In this document: in pieces, positions 1-9,498 of the stretch | How positions within the stretch are numbered: position 1 is the stretch's first letter | How the letters are laid out: each line of letters begins with the position of its first letter | IMG/VR virus record: IMGVR_UViG_3300036770_008730 | Direction: 5' to 3' (one strand) | Source of the DNA: a virus | Taxonomy: Duplodnaviria; Caudoviricetes | Length of the DNA stretch: 64,000 nucleotides | Translations under genes and position numbers: made by a program | The notes under the pieces: generated by a model | Told to the model about the DNA's origin: nothing | Seen by the model: the letters and a program-made list of their open reading frames with translations, nothing else | The model's database searches: none

Positions 1-345
1 ATGTACCAAATTAGAAAATGTCAAGAAATTGTGACTTATCATTGTTCACCAGTTTCTACAGTCGATCCTGAAAAGTTTAGAAACTTATCAATTGCCTACA
101 CCGGTAACTCAGAAAAGGAATTCTTAGAATATCTAAATAATTTATATCTAGATGATATCTATGACGAATTAGACGAGGATACTCAGATTGAATTGTCTTC
201 TTTTTACGAACCAGAAGAATGGGAAGAATATTTTAACTCAACTAACAAAGGAGAAAACTCTTGGTGTGAAATCGGTGAAGTGAATGAAGAATATAAAAAA
301 ACAGGTGGATTTGACGCAAGACACTCTACATTAGGTGATTACTAA
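1..345 (+). CDS. hypothetical acidic protein (may be 5'-truncated)
   Basis: Open frame from the window edge; no recognisable motif. Confidence 0.55.
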   Translation: MYQIRKCQEIVTYHCSPVSTVDPEKFRNLSIAYTGNSEKEFLEYLNNLYLDDIYDELDEDTQIELSSFYEPEEWEEYFNSTNKGENSWCEIGEVNEEYKKTGGFDARHSTLGDY

Positions 346-386
346 ATAATGGAAAAATCACTCATGTAGACATCAATATATAATTT

Positions 387-704
387 ATGTTTGATATTCA
401 TAAATATGATAAACATAAATTTAATAAGAATAAAGCTATTAATGATAAAATAAAAGCACTTTATTTACTATTTGATAAATATGTAGCTGATTCAAAACTC
501 AATTATTTCCAATCACAAAAATTAATCAATATTTGGATTCTAAAATTTATCTCATATGAAGAATATGAAATGGCTGAGGCTTTTAAACAAAGAAAGATTC
601 GGATGTGGAGAGATTGGCGTAAAATTCACAGATTAACATCTGTTAGATTATTTTGGCGTGTTTGGAGGATTCGACTTAAAAAACTATTATATAATAATAT
701 ATAG
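387..704 (+). CDS. hypothetical protein
   Basis: 105 aa ORF in the same-strand run. Confidence 0.55.
   Translation: MFDIHKYDKHKFNKNKAINDKIKALYLLFDKYVADSKLNYFQSQKLINIWILKFISYEEYEMAEAFKQRKIRMWRDWRKIHRLTSVRLFWRVWRIRLKKLLYNNI
695..703 (+). promoter_or_regulatory. late-promoter-like motif TAATATATA
   Basis: 6 nt upstream of ATG 709; the same motif recurs before many genes. Confidence 0.6.
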
Positions 705-708
705 TCAA

Positions 709-1869
709 ATGAAATGGATTAAACTTTTTGAAAGTTTCAAGGAAATTGAAAGTATTGTTTTAATTGGTGGTGGTATATCATCACTTTATGCAGCTTACTT
801 AATTAAAAAAAGATTTCCAAAGATTAAATATACCATTATCGAAAAGTCCGACAAATGTGGTGGGCGTGTTATTCAAGACGAACTAGACGGAGTGGATGTT
901 CCAACCGGTGCTCAATTTACAAGAATTGATAAAGATATATTATTAAATAAACTCTTAAAAGAACTTGAAATCGATTTAGATGTTTATAATTTAGATATTG
1001 ATTTCACATTCAGAAAGTCCGATGTTGATAGTATGATTTCAAAACTTAAAAAGAGTATGTCAAAATTCGATAGAAGTAAAATTACATTTTCCGAATTCGC
1101 AACTGATGTATTGGGTAAAAAAGAATATGAAAAATTTGTTGATATGATGGGTTATAGTGACTATGAAAATTCAGACTTTGAGGACACTATGACTAATTAT
1201 GGATTGGATGATAATTTACCTGGATATAAAGCAGCAGATGTTCCGTGGAATAAGGTTATTAAAAAGTTAATTTCAGAAGTAGGTCAAAAAAATATTGTTT
1301 TGAATACTGAAATCAAATCGATAAAAAATCAAAAGTCTAATTTTATTATTAACAATAAATGGAAGTGTGATGGTGTTATTATTGGAGTTACTATTAACTC
1401 ATTAAGAAAACTTATGGATGATTCTATTTACAATCAAATAGAGTCTCAGAGCTTCTTAAAAGTATTTGCTAAAACTACAGGAATGGAAGAAGTTGACAAA
1501 TATACAGTAGTAAACTCACCACTCAAAAAGGTTTTACCGGTAAAGAAAGATGTTTTTACAATCGCTTTTGCAGATAATAAAGATGCTACATATCTTAAAT
1601 CTAAAGATAAATCTTATTTTGAAAAGAGTTTATCAGAGCAATTTGATTCAGAAGTAAAGATTAAAAAAATGAAAAAATTCTTTTGGGAAGAAGGAACTCA
1701 TTATTTCAAACCACTACAAAAGAAATGGAAATCGAGAAAAGAGTTTTTAAAAGACGCACAACATCCACAAGACAACATTTGGGTAATTGGCGAAGTCGTT
1801 GCTGAAAAACAAGGTTGGGTGGAAGGAGCTTTAAATTCTGTAGAAAATATTTCTTTATTTAAGAAATAA
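709..1869 (+). CDS. FAD-dependent oxidoreductase, flavin amine oxidase family, with N-terminal capsid-targeting-like tag
   Basis: LIGGGISSLYAAY...IIEKSDKCGGR dinucleotide-binding motif; C-terminal WVIGE...GWVEGAL; start moved to MKWIKLFESF at 709. Confidence 0.85.
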   Translation: MKWIKLFESFKEIESIVLIGGGISSLYAAYLIKKRFPKIKYTIIEKSDKCGGRVIQDELDGVDVPTGAQFTRIDKDILLNKLLKELEIDLDVYNLDIDFTFRKSDVDSMISKLKKSMSKFDRSKITFSEFATDVLGKKEYEKFVDMMGYSDYENSDFEDTMTNYGLDDNLPGYKAADVPWNKVIKKLISEVGQKNIVLNTEIKSIKNQKSNFIINNKWKCDGVIIGVTINSLRKLMDDSIYNQIESQSFLKVFAKTTGMEEVDKYTVVNSPLKKVLPVKKDVFTIAFADNKDATYLKSKDKSYFEKSLSEQFDSEVKIKKMKKFFWEEGTHYFKPLQKKWKSRKEFLKDAQHPQDNIWVIGEVVAEKQGWVEGALNSVENISLFKK

Positions 1870-1873
1870 TTAT

Positions 1874-1881
1874 TATCTTTG
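1874..1881 (+). promoter_or_regulatory. Bacteroidota-type -7 promoter element (TAnnTTTG)
   Basis: TATCTTTG 20 nt before ATG 1901. Confidence 0.65.
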
Positions 1882-1900
1882 TTACTTAAAACATAAAATT

Positions 1901-2017
1901 ATGAATAGAAACGACTTTCAGGGTAAGAGAAAAGACCAATTGGAATTTTCTTATAAAATTACAGGAATTTCAATAGTATTATTAGGTTTAACTATTTTAG
2001 CAATTATTGTAGCATGA
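1901..2017 (+). CDS. 38-aa single-TM membrane peptide (not in ORF track)
   Basis: MNRNDFQGKRKDQLEFSYKITGISIVLLGLTILAIIVA; follows a promoter; ATGA overlap with the next gene. Confidence 0.6.
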   Translation: MNRNDFQGKRKDQLEFSYKITGISIVLLGLTILAIIVA

Positions 2018-2586
2018 TAGATAATTTTGAACAAATTTCAGAACTATTGAAATTTGATACTAATGATGATTTCTACCATCTTCAGATTCTTAAGCGAAAA
2101 AAAGAGAATCCCGAAATTGGTTCAAATTCACAAGTAATTAAAACTTATTATGTTTACTCGGTTGATTACCTACATAGTATAAAACCAGAGATTATTAACC
2201 TCTGTGAATTTCATAATGCCAGAGCTTGTATAAATCTAAATGCAAGGTCTTTAGAAAGAGCTGCCTTTCACACTCTTAAAAAAATCACTGATATAATTAT
2301 GAATAAAGATTACAAATCTGTTCATAAAGCATATGACTCTGTTTGTGGAACTTTTTGTACCGACAGAGACAAATCTTGGATAATTGATATTGATGTAAAG
2401 GATTTAAATGAAGTAAGTAGAATTTCTGATATTATTTGTTTGGTTGAACCTGTTGGTAATAAAACCATTTCCGTAGTTGAAACTAAAAATGGATACCACT
2501 TGATTTCTAAACCTTTCAATCTTTCTAAGGTCGATATACATCACGATATACATAAAAACAATCCAACAATTCTTTATATAAAATAA
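2014..2586 (+). CDS. hypothetical phage protein
   Basis: 190 aa; WIIDID and TKNGYHLI motifs suggest a conserved enzyme-like fold. Confidence 0.7.
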   Translation: MIDNFEQISELLKFDTNDDFYHLQILKRKKENPEIGSNSQVIKTYYVYSVDYLHSIKPEIINLCEFHNARACINLNARSLERAAFHTLKKITDIIMNKDYKSVHKAYDSVCGTFCTDRDKSWIIDIDVKDLNEVSRISDIICLVEPVGNKTISVVETKNGYHLISKPFNLSKVDIHHDIHKNNPTILYIK

Positions 2587-2590
2587 CAAT

Positions 2591-2818
2591 ATGGAACAAT
2601 TTACAAACATGATGAATCAATTCATCGAGATGCAACAAAAAACTCAAAACTTTTGGCAAGATGCTTTTAAAACCTCTGGAAAATTAACTGAAGATTACAC
2701 CACCATTATGGATAACTCGATTAAATTCCACCAAGCAGCCATTGAATATCACACTTCTATTGTTAAAATGATGGAGGCTATAAAAGATACTCAGGAAGTT
2801 CTTCTTAGAAAGAAATAG
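2591..2818 (+). CDS. hypothetical helical protein
   Basis: 75 aa, amphipathic Met/Gln-rich. Confidence 0.6.
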   Translation: MEQFTNMMNQFIEMQQKTQNFWQDAFKTSGKLTEDYTTIMDNSIKFHQAAIEYHTSIVKMMEAIKDTQEVLLRKK

Positions 2819-2829
2819 ATAATTGAAAT

Positions 2830-3540
2830 CTATTTTCCAAATCGAGATTTATGAACTTTATAGTTATGTAATATTTCCGAGTCTGTTAGAGCCTTTGAAT
2901 ATATCATCACATTATAAATGTTACCACCAAAGTAACCTTCAAAACTAGGTGTATTATTACCACCAATTCTAACAGAATTTGTAGATATATTAAAACTTGT
3001 TAGTATTAAAGATGATGATTGAACCAATGAGCCATCAACATATATCTTTAGTAACCCATTTATAACATCAATAATAGCAACAGCATTTATTAGTTGATTT
3101 GTATATGATAGTGGTGAGATTATAGACTCATTTGAAAATCCTGTATTACCTATACCAACATTGAGCTCACCAGTCGTTAAAAAAGCAAAAACATATTGCT
3201 CATAATATTGGAGATAATTATTTTGCTTAAATATAAATGGTGCATAAGCTCCATTGTATGTTCCATTATATTCTATCCAAGCACATAAAGTAATTGATTG
3301 TGTAGGATTTAGTGATGGATCGTTTGGTATATCTATAAAATCATCAACTCCATCAAAATAGATATTTCCAAAATTAGAAGTACTAAATGTGGGAGAATTA
3401 TTAAATAATCCGTTATTTTTTTCACTCGTTAGATCATTCCAATTGGAATCATAACCTGAATAAGATTTTTTGTTTGCTCCATCTAGATATAGTACTAAAT
3501 CATCTGTTATTATTCTACCACCACCTTGTAATGTACTCAT
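2830..3540 (-). CDS. LamG/concanavalin A-like lectin domain protein (putative virion adhesin)
   Basis: IITDDLVLYLDGAN start, FDGVDDFI, YFGGNIYNVMIYSKALTDSEILHNY. Confidence 0.8.
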   Translation of the reverse strand: MSTLQGGGRIITDDLVLYLDGANKKSYSGYDSNWNDLTSEKNNGLFNNSPTFSTSNFGNIYFDGVDDFIDIPNDPSLNPTQSITLCAWIEYNGTYNGAYAPFIFKQNNYLQYYEQYVFAFLTTGELNVGIGNTGFSNESIISPLSYTNQLINAVAIIDVINGLLKIYVDGSLVQSSSLILTSFNISTNSVRIGGNNTPSFEGYFGGNIYNVMIYSKALTDSEILHNYKVHKSRFGK

Positions 3541-3648
3541 TATATAAATCTCTTTTTTAATACATCATCTAAATAAAATACATCTAATTTATCGATTACA
3601 AGTGTTTCAACCATAAACTATATATAATTTTTGACAAATGTTATAGGA

Positions 3649-4359
3649 CTATAATCCAAATCTTGACTTTGTGGCATTATAGTTCTGAAGAACTTCTGAG
3701 GCTGATAGGGATTTTCCTCTATAAATACGGAAAATTGGAATTCTACCAATAAATGCAACATCACCCTCCGTTCTGTTTCCCAATTTTGCAGTAGTGGATC
3801 CTAAATTCGACCAATTAAAAGTGGTTCGGGTTACGGATGTATATTCAACTCCATTAATTGATAATCTAATATTAGTTCCATTTTTGACCGCAACAAGTTG
3901 ATACCAAGTATTAAAAGATATAGTAGGTGATGAAACAGAGACTACTGGTTCCATAACACCAGTTGCTCCATCTCCACCTATAACAAAGTTTCCACCGGGT
4001 CTTGAAATATACATAGTGGTTGAGTTTACATTTCCACTAACATCAATTCCAAATATATTTGACCTAAAGAGATTAGACCCAAAGGAAGTTTGATATAACC
4101 AAACTTCAATACTCCAATCACTAAAATTATTAAGACTGAGTAAAACATTCTGATTTATTTGAGCATATCCACCATTAAATAATAAACTACCTGAATTACT
4201 AGCAGTATATGATATCGAACCAACTATTGAAAAGTTATTCCTATTTGCGGTGAGGTCTGACCAATTTGTTCCAGTTTCTGGATAAGATTTTATATTTGCG
4301 GAATCTAAACAAACATATAATCCATCAGTAACTATTTTAGGTGAATAGTGAAAAGCCAT
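3649..4359 (-). CDS. LamG/concanavalin A-like lectin domain protein (paralog)
   Basis: SPKIVTDGLYVCLDSAN, WYQLVAV, FIGRIPIFRIY...LSASEVLQNYNATKSRF. Confidence 0.8.
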   Translation of the reverse strand: MAFHYSPKIVTDGLYVCLDSANIKSYPETGTNWSDLTANRNNFSIVGSISYTASNSGSLLFNGGYAQINQNVLLSLNNFSDWSIEVWLYQTSFGSNLFRSNIFGIDVSGNVNSTTMYISRPGGNFVIGGDGATGVMEPVVSVSSPTISFNTWYQLVAVKNGTNIRLSINGVEYTSVTRTTFNWSNLGSTTAKLGNRTEGDVAFIGRIPIFRIYRGKSLSASEVLQNYNATKSRFGL

Positions 4360-4417
4360 AAAGTATATATTAATCTAAACCTAGGTCTTTTAATTTCTTT
4401 TGCAATTTTTTTTCATG

Positions 4418-4903
4418 TTATTCATCTTTAAAGGTGAATAGCTCTTTCATAAATTCAATGAAATAGTTTTGATTTTCTATATTATAAGTTTCTATACCTC
4501 TGAATTGAATTTTCTTTGCCTTTTTTCGATGAATTGAATAACTATTCATAATAAATCGATATTCAACATAATTATTGGTATCTGGTTTGGTAGCAGGATA
4601 TAGCAAATCTTTTGTATTATCTTCATAGAATATGGTTATGATGGACTGGTCTGGGTTAATATTTTTGGGATAGTAAGTATAAAGATGAAGACCAACCTTA
4701 TTTGTGTCTAAACTATCAGATACAACACCAACAACAATAAAATCACCATCTTCTAATGGTGACTTGAAATCCATTATTGAATTTTTATATCTTCGAGTTA
4801 ATTCAAAACTATTGACAGAGTCTTTAATATAAAATCTTGAAACAGTAGATTGTGAGAATACCACCTCACTGATTAATAAGATGATTGTGAGTATTTTAAT
4901 CAT
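4418..4903 (-). CDS. secreted hypothetical protein
   Basis: Signal peptide MIKILTIILLISEVVFS followed by Gln. Confidence 0.65.
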   Translation of the reverse strand: MIKILTIILLISEVVFSQSTVSRFYIKDSVNSFELTRRYKNSIMDFKSPLEDGDFIVVGVVSDSLDTNKVGLHLYTYYPKNINPDQSIITIFYEDNTKDLLYPATKPDTNNYVEYRFIMNSYSIHRKKAKKIQFRGIETYNIENQNYFIEFMKELFTFKDE

Positions 4904-5186
4904 TGATTAGTTTATTTAGATTTTTATTTCTTAGAAACTCTTGAAAAAGTGTTTTATGAACTGTGCAACTGATATTAGAAAAGTATTTATATTTTTTTAC
5001 TTCACCAATTTTTTTGAAATTGACATTGTGTTTTATAGTAAAGGTCTCATTTTTTTCATCAATCGATAGTATTTCAATAGATGGTGTAGTTTCTTTATTT
5101 GACCAACATAACCTACTCTCTAGGTAATCTTTGTAAATTTGAAAATTATTGTCTAATAACATTAAATCTTTTTTCTTTAAGACCAT
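4896..5186 (-). CDS. hypothetical protein with C-terminal RNKNLNKLI motif
   Basis: 96 aa ORF with overlapping neighbours. Confidence 0.6.
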   Translation of the reverse strand: MVLKKKDLMLLDNNFQIYKDYLESRLCWSNKETTPSIEILSIDEKNETFTIKHNVNFKKIGEVKKYKYFSNISCTVHKTLFQEFLRNKNLNKLIND

Positions 5187-5709
5187 CGTATAAAATTATA
5201 ACATATCTACCAGATTTCAATTCACTAACATCGATTGAATTAGAGGTCAAATTGAACTGATTTACAATCAATCCCAATTCATTAATAATAATTATGTTTT
5301 TGATTGGTCTTTCCGATTGAATAAAAAACTTATCATGAGAGGGAATTGGATATAATTTAGTTTCAATTTCAGTTACAACTTCTTCTTCATTAGTCACATT
5401 ACAGAAAGAAAATGTAAAAATTATGTTTGTTGAAAATTGTGTTTTACATTCTTCAACACAAGGACAAGATTGCTCTGGAGTTAAACAAACAGTGATAACA
5501 TCAGCAGTGTCTGGAAATAAATATTTCCAAGCTACTAAAGCAGAATCATAAGATAAAAGTATTTGACCACTGGAACCAGAAATTGTGTCTGTGTAGGTTC
5601 CACTGAGTGTATATTGACAAACTGGACTTGTAACAAAAATGTTACCTGACCTAAACTGCGCAAAAGTTAAATTTGCAAATAATAAAAGTAATAATGTTAA
5701 TGTTTTCAT
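5146..5709 (-). CDS. secreted protein with T9SS type A C-terminal sorting domain
   Basis: Signal peptide MKTLTLLLLLFANLTFA-Q (start 5709); C-terminal KLYPIPSHD...IDVSELKSGRYVI...KRFNVIRQ. Confidence 0.8.
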   Translation of the reverse strand: MKTLTLLLLLFANLTFAQFRSGNIFVTSPVCQYTLSGTYTDTISGSSGQILLSYDSALVAWKYLFPDTADVITVCLTPEQSCPCVEECKTQFSTNIIFTFSFCNVTNEEEVVTEIETKLYPIPSHDKFFIQSERPIKNIIIINELGLIVNQFNLTSNSIDVSELKSGRYVIILYDGLKEKRFNVIRQ

Positions 5710-5972
5710 AATAAAAAAAAGTGATTGTCTTCCCATTCTGTTTTAAGTTTATTTTCTGTTTCAGTTGAAACACTAACAGAAACTGGAACTTTTGTTTTTT
5801 CGTGTTTAGAATATCTGAAGAAACAAGTATTATTTAAGTGATACTCAACTTTGATATACAAATCCTCCATAGCACAGTTGATAGAAGTTTTAGAATAGCC
5901 TTCAAGTTCAATCAATCTAAAACATCTTGGACACTTTATAAGTTTTGTCTTATATTTTTTTGTCTCATTCAT
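5706..5972 (-). CDS. hypothetical protein with CxxC
   Basis: Start moved to MNETKK at 5972; promoter TATATTTG at 5977-5984 on the minus strand. Confidence 0.6.
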   Translation of the reverse strand: MNETKKYKTKLIKCPRCFRLIELEGYSKTSINCAMEDLYIKVEYHLNNTCFFRYSKHEKTKVPVSVSVSTETENKLKTEWEDNHFFLL

Positions 5973-5988
5973 AGAACAAATATAAAAA

Positions 5989-6642
5989 TTATTTTGCAAA
6001 GTGCAAAATAGAAATTGTAATTAAAAGTAAACTTATTACTATGAAATTAAATTTAGCATGTAGTGAAGTTGCTGAGTCTATAGCTTCATACTCACACTTA
6101 TCAAAAGAAAAAGATTGTTCATAATGTTTATAGAATGAATTTTTATATCTGATTGAAAAAATGTAACCTATGAAACAAAGTAAAATGGCCGCAAATACTG
6201 GAACACCAACTATCATGTGTATAAATCCAAATTTGATAGAACTGATAATCCTATCTTTTACGGAAAATATTTGTGACCTAAAACTGAGCTCTTCCATTTT
6301 AGCCAAATAAGGTAAAATAGCAATCAGACAGAGATAAAATATTATAGTACCGATAAACGCAAAAGTGGATGTTCCTTCTGTTAGACCTGGATTTGCAATG
6401 AGATTTGTTCCAGAACCACCTAAAAGTTTAATCCAAGAAAATTTCAAAAATGATGGGAGTTCTACCATTGATAGTAGAGATAAAGTAGTTATTGTTCCTA
6501 AGAACAGAAGAAAGGCCCAGAAATAATCTTTCAGTTTACCGAAATAGATTTGTTTGAATAATTTTGGTTCATCCAAAAAAAATCTGATACCGTTCCAAAA
6601 TGTCAGACTAACTAGAATAAAAGTGATGATTGATAAAATCAT
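5989..6642 (-). CDS. CPBP (CAAX/Abi) family intramembrane metalloprotease
   Basis: Multiple TM segments; EELSFR, FGFIH and HAKFN motifs. Confidence 0.75.
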   Translation of the reverse strand: MILSIITFILVSLTFWNGIRFFLDEPKLFKQIYFGKLKDYFWAFLLFLGTITTLSLLSMVELPSFLKFSWIKLLGGSGTNLIANPGLTEGTSTFAFIGTIIFYLCLIAILPYLAKMEELSFRSQIFSVKDRIISSIKFGFIHMIVGVPVFAAILLCFIGYIFSIRYKNSFYKHYEQSFSFDKCEYEAIDSATSLHAKFNFIVISLLLITISILHFAK

Positions 6643-6848
6643 TTGTTTTGTTTTAACTTAATTAAGTTTATTATTATTACAATTGTGTTCATCAGGACTA
6701 CCGGATAAGCTTCGTGAAAATATCCATAGATTATAAACATTGAACAAGCAATAGAGTTTATGATTCTGAGTTTCCTAATATCTGTCATTAACATGGATAT
6801 AAGAACTATAATCATAGATAAATATCCCCAACTTTCTAAAAGTGTCAT
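6639..6848 (-). CDS. small inner-membrane protein (YgjV-like)
   Basis: GYLSMIIVLISMLM...KLRIINSIAC...YPVVLMN; three hydrophobic segments. Confidence 0.6.
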   Translation of the reverse strand: MTLLESWGYLSMIIVLISMLMTDIRKLRIINSIACSMFIIYGYFHEAYPVVLMNTIVIIINLIKLKQNK

Positions 6849-7117
6849 ATAACTGGATAATTTATTTGATATGGTTCAATTAAATCTTTTGTATCTTGTT
6901 TTACAAGTGACTCGTAAATAGGAATTAAATCATCATTCATTTTACTTTCACAACAACTAAGAACGAAAAGATACTGGTCATTTGATAGATGAATGAATCC
7001 AGACCTATCGGGATTTAAGAATTTATTTTTTACATTCTTCATTTTATTAGAGTCTATTGTATCTAATACAAAAACTTCTAATGTCGCAATTTGGTTAGAG
7101 GTTAATTTTAATTTCAT
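6845..7117 (-). CDS. hypothetical protein
   Basis: First gene of a coupled minus-strand operon; TATATTTG at 7159-7166. Confidence 0.6.
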   Translation of the reverse strand: MKLKLTSNQIATLEVFVLDTIDSNKMKNVKNKFLNPDRSGFIHLSNDQYLFVLSCCESKMNDDLIPIYESLVKQDTKDLIEPYQINYPVI

Positions 7118-7189
7118 AAAAGTGATATTGAAACTTTTCTGTTTTGTTTATATAAAAACAAATATACAAATAAATTTAAATCAAAAATT

Positions 7190-7915
7190 ATGGACTTAGG
7201 AAAAGAATTCAAAAAATACGCAAAAAGTGAAGGCATATCTTCACTTAACTTACATCACTTCGAAAATAGTATGACACCATATATATTAGAAGAAAGAGAA
7301 ATGAGAGTTACTCAAATGGATATTTTCTCAAGATTGATGAGAGATAGAATCTTATGGGTCGCAGGTGCAGTAGACGATAACATGTCTACGATCGTTCAAG
7401 CTCAGTTAATGTTCTTAGATTCGGTTGAAAAGAAAGATATTACAATGCACATCGACTCACCTGGTGGTTCTGTTAAATCAGGATTATCTATGGTAGATGT
7501 TATGAACTATATCAACTCCGATATTTGCACAATCAATACCGGCATGGCAGCATCTATGGGATCGGTTTTACTCTCATCCGGGACTAAAGGTAAAAGAGCA
7601 TCATTGAGATTTTCAAAAGTTATGACACATCAAGTAAGTCACGGAACTCAAGGTAATATTCAAGATACTCGTATAAATCAGTTAGAAGCTGAAAAATACA
7701 ACTACATTCTATTCAAAATATTAGGTGAGAATTGTGGTAAATCTTATAAAGAAGTTATTGAATGGTCGAGAAGAGATCGTTGGTATAACTCTGATGAAGC
7801 TCTAAAGTTTGGCCTTATTGATGAAATCATAGGTATTGATAAAAGTCCATCCATTGAAAAGTTATTAGAAGGATTTGACGAGTACTACAAAAACGAAGTA
7901 TTAGATAGAAGTTAA
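7190..7915 (+). CDS. clpP: ATP-dependent Clp protease proteolytic subunit
   Basis: DIFSRLMRDRI, IDSPGGSV, AASMGS (Ser), MTHQ (His), RDRW (Asp). Confidence 0.95.
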   Translation: MDLGKEFKKYAKSEGISSLNLHHFENSMTPYILEEREMRVTQMDIFSRLMRDRILWVAGAVDDNMSTIVQAQLMFLDSVEKKDITMHIDSPGGSVKSGLSMVDVMNYINSDICTINTGMAASMGSVLLSSGTKGKRASLRFSKVMTHQVSHGTQGNIQDTRINQLEAEKYNYILFKILGENCGKSYKEVIEWSRRDRWYNSDEALKFGLIDEIIGIDKSPSIEKLLEGFDEYYKNEVLDRS

Positions 7916-7964
7916 TTTTAGAAAAATTAGATTTAATATATACCATTAAATTTAATTTTCTCAA

Positions 7965-9497
7965 ATGATTAAAAGATATTTAGACTTTGTTAATGAATCT
8001 TTAGAACTTCTATTAGAATCAAATGTGGTCTACTCTGACAAACTTAGAACCGTCTTAAATAAGATAGGTGGTCCAATTGCTCAAAAACTAATTGAAATTG
8101 AAAATACTGATTTACCAGTTAGGTCAAACTTTTTTGATATAGTTCCTAAAAAGAACGACTCTATCAACTTTATGCCTGATAGAAAGGCGCAAGAGATTTT
8201 AGCAGATAAAACAGTTAGTGTAAGATTTATTGGATCTGATTCGGGTTGGTTAAAACATTCACCAGCTAATGATGAAATCTTTGCAACACTTGGATATACA
8301 CCACAAGGTGCTAATCCTTATAGACCAAATTCTTCAGACATTGGAACAATAGTATCTAGTTATGTATCACCGACATCCGGTAAGACGTATTGCTATGTTA
8401 ATTTTTCAGACACATCTGGGATCGAATTAGGAAAAGGTGTTTACAATAAAGAAAAGTTAAGAGAGACCACTGACCAAAAGGATAAACTTTGGGGCAAAGG
8501 TCGTCAAGAAATTGGAGTTGGTAGAGGAATTAGAGCTTTACTTTTAACAACTGGTGAAAAGTTTTTAGATAAAGATATAGAAGCATTTGTAAATCTTTAC
8601 AAAGCAACTCTTGATAAGATGAATGATAAATTTTCCTTATTCGAGGTTGTTGATGGAGATGATATATATCATTGGTATCAAAGAGAAAATTACTTTGAGA
8701 GAAAAGGACAGTTAGGTGGTTCTTGTATGGGATCAGCTAGAGAATCTTGGCTTGAGATCTATACCACCAATCCAAATCAAGTAAAATTGATTATTATGAA
8801 ATCCGAACAAGATGATTCTATGATTATAGGTAGAGCTCTTCTTTGGACTCTTAGAGATGGTAAGAAGTTTATGGATAGAGTTTACACTATCAATGATTCT
8901 GATATACAGTTATTTAGAGAATACGCAAAAGAAAATGGATGGTATGCTAAGTATCATAATGGTAGCACATCTAATAATTCATCAATTGCACCTGAAGGTG
9001 GTGTAGTAAATTTAGACCTAACTGTAATTTTAGACAAGAAAGATTACGAACATTTTCCTTATTTAGATACTTTAAAATACTTTACACCAGGAACTGGTAA
9101 GCTAAACAACACTAGTGGTGATTACTTATTGGAAGATACCGGTGGTGATTATGTAAGATGTGATTCTTGTGGTGGAAGTGGAACTCAAGAGTGTTATGAT
9201 TGTGATGGAAGAGGAGAACAAGAGTGTTATGATTGTGATGGTAGCGGAACAGAGGATTGTAATAATTGTGATGGAAATGGAACACAACCTTGCGATAATT
9301 GTGATGGAGAAGGTCAAATAGAAGATGAAGAAGGAAATTCAGAAGATTGTCCAGAGTGTGATGGAGATGGTCATAGAGATTGTGAAGATTGCGATGGTAG
9401 CGGAAAAATGGATTGTTCAACTTGTGATGGTGATGGTAGAAATGAATGTTCGTCTTGTGATGGTCGCGGCGAACATGAATGTCACGAATGTAACTAG
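7965..9497 (+). CDS. tagged 'SCM-GRALLW-DRxY' family protein with C-terminal DnaJ-like zinc-finger repeats
   Basis: MIKRYLDFVNES start; GSCM, GRALLW, MDRVY, PYLDT; nine CxxCxGxG repeats plus a final CxxC. Confidence 0.85.
   Translation: MIKRYLDFVNESLELLLESNVVYSDKLRTVLNKIGGPIAQKLIEIENTDLPVRSNFFDIVPKKNDSINFMPDRKAQEILADKTVSVRFIGSDSGWLKHSPANDEIFATLGYTPQGANPYRPNSSDIGTIVSSYVSPTSGKTYCYVNFSDTSGIELGKGVYNKEKLRETTDQKDKLWGKGRQEIGVGRGIRALLLTTGEKFLDKDIEAFVNLYKATLDKMNDKFSLFEVVDGDDIYHWYQRENYFERKGQLGGSCMGSARESWLEIYTTNPNQVKLIIMKSEQDDSMIIGRALLWTLRDGKKFMDRVYTINDSDIQLFREYAKENGWYAKYHNGSTSNNSSIAPEGGVVNLDLTVILDKKDYEHFPYLDTLKYFTPGTGKLNNTSGDYLLEDTGGDYVRCDSCGGSGTQECYDCDGRGEQECYDCDGSGTEDCNNCDGNGTQPCDNCDGEGQIEDEEGNSEDCPECDGDGHRDCEDCDGSGKMDCSTCDGDGRNECSSCDGRGEHECHECN
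9157..9494 (+). repeat. coding repeat array of CxxCxGxG units (mostly 33-nt period)
   Basis: caagagtgttatgattgtgatgg occurs at 9186 and again at 9219. Confidence 0.8.
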
Positions 9498-9498
9498 T

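Noticed and set aside
658-708. N-terminal extensions in the ORF track (also at 27402, 30531, 36641, 52287, 53737)
   Set aside because: They run through promoter motifs or upstream genes; downstream ATGs match motif position and domain starts.
9112-9420. His/Ile-rich ORFs 9112-9420 and 9126-9317, and the 5' part of 9325-9780
   Set aside because: Shadow frames of the Cys-Asp-Gly zinc-finger repeats.
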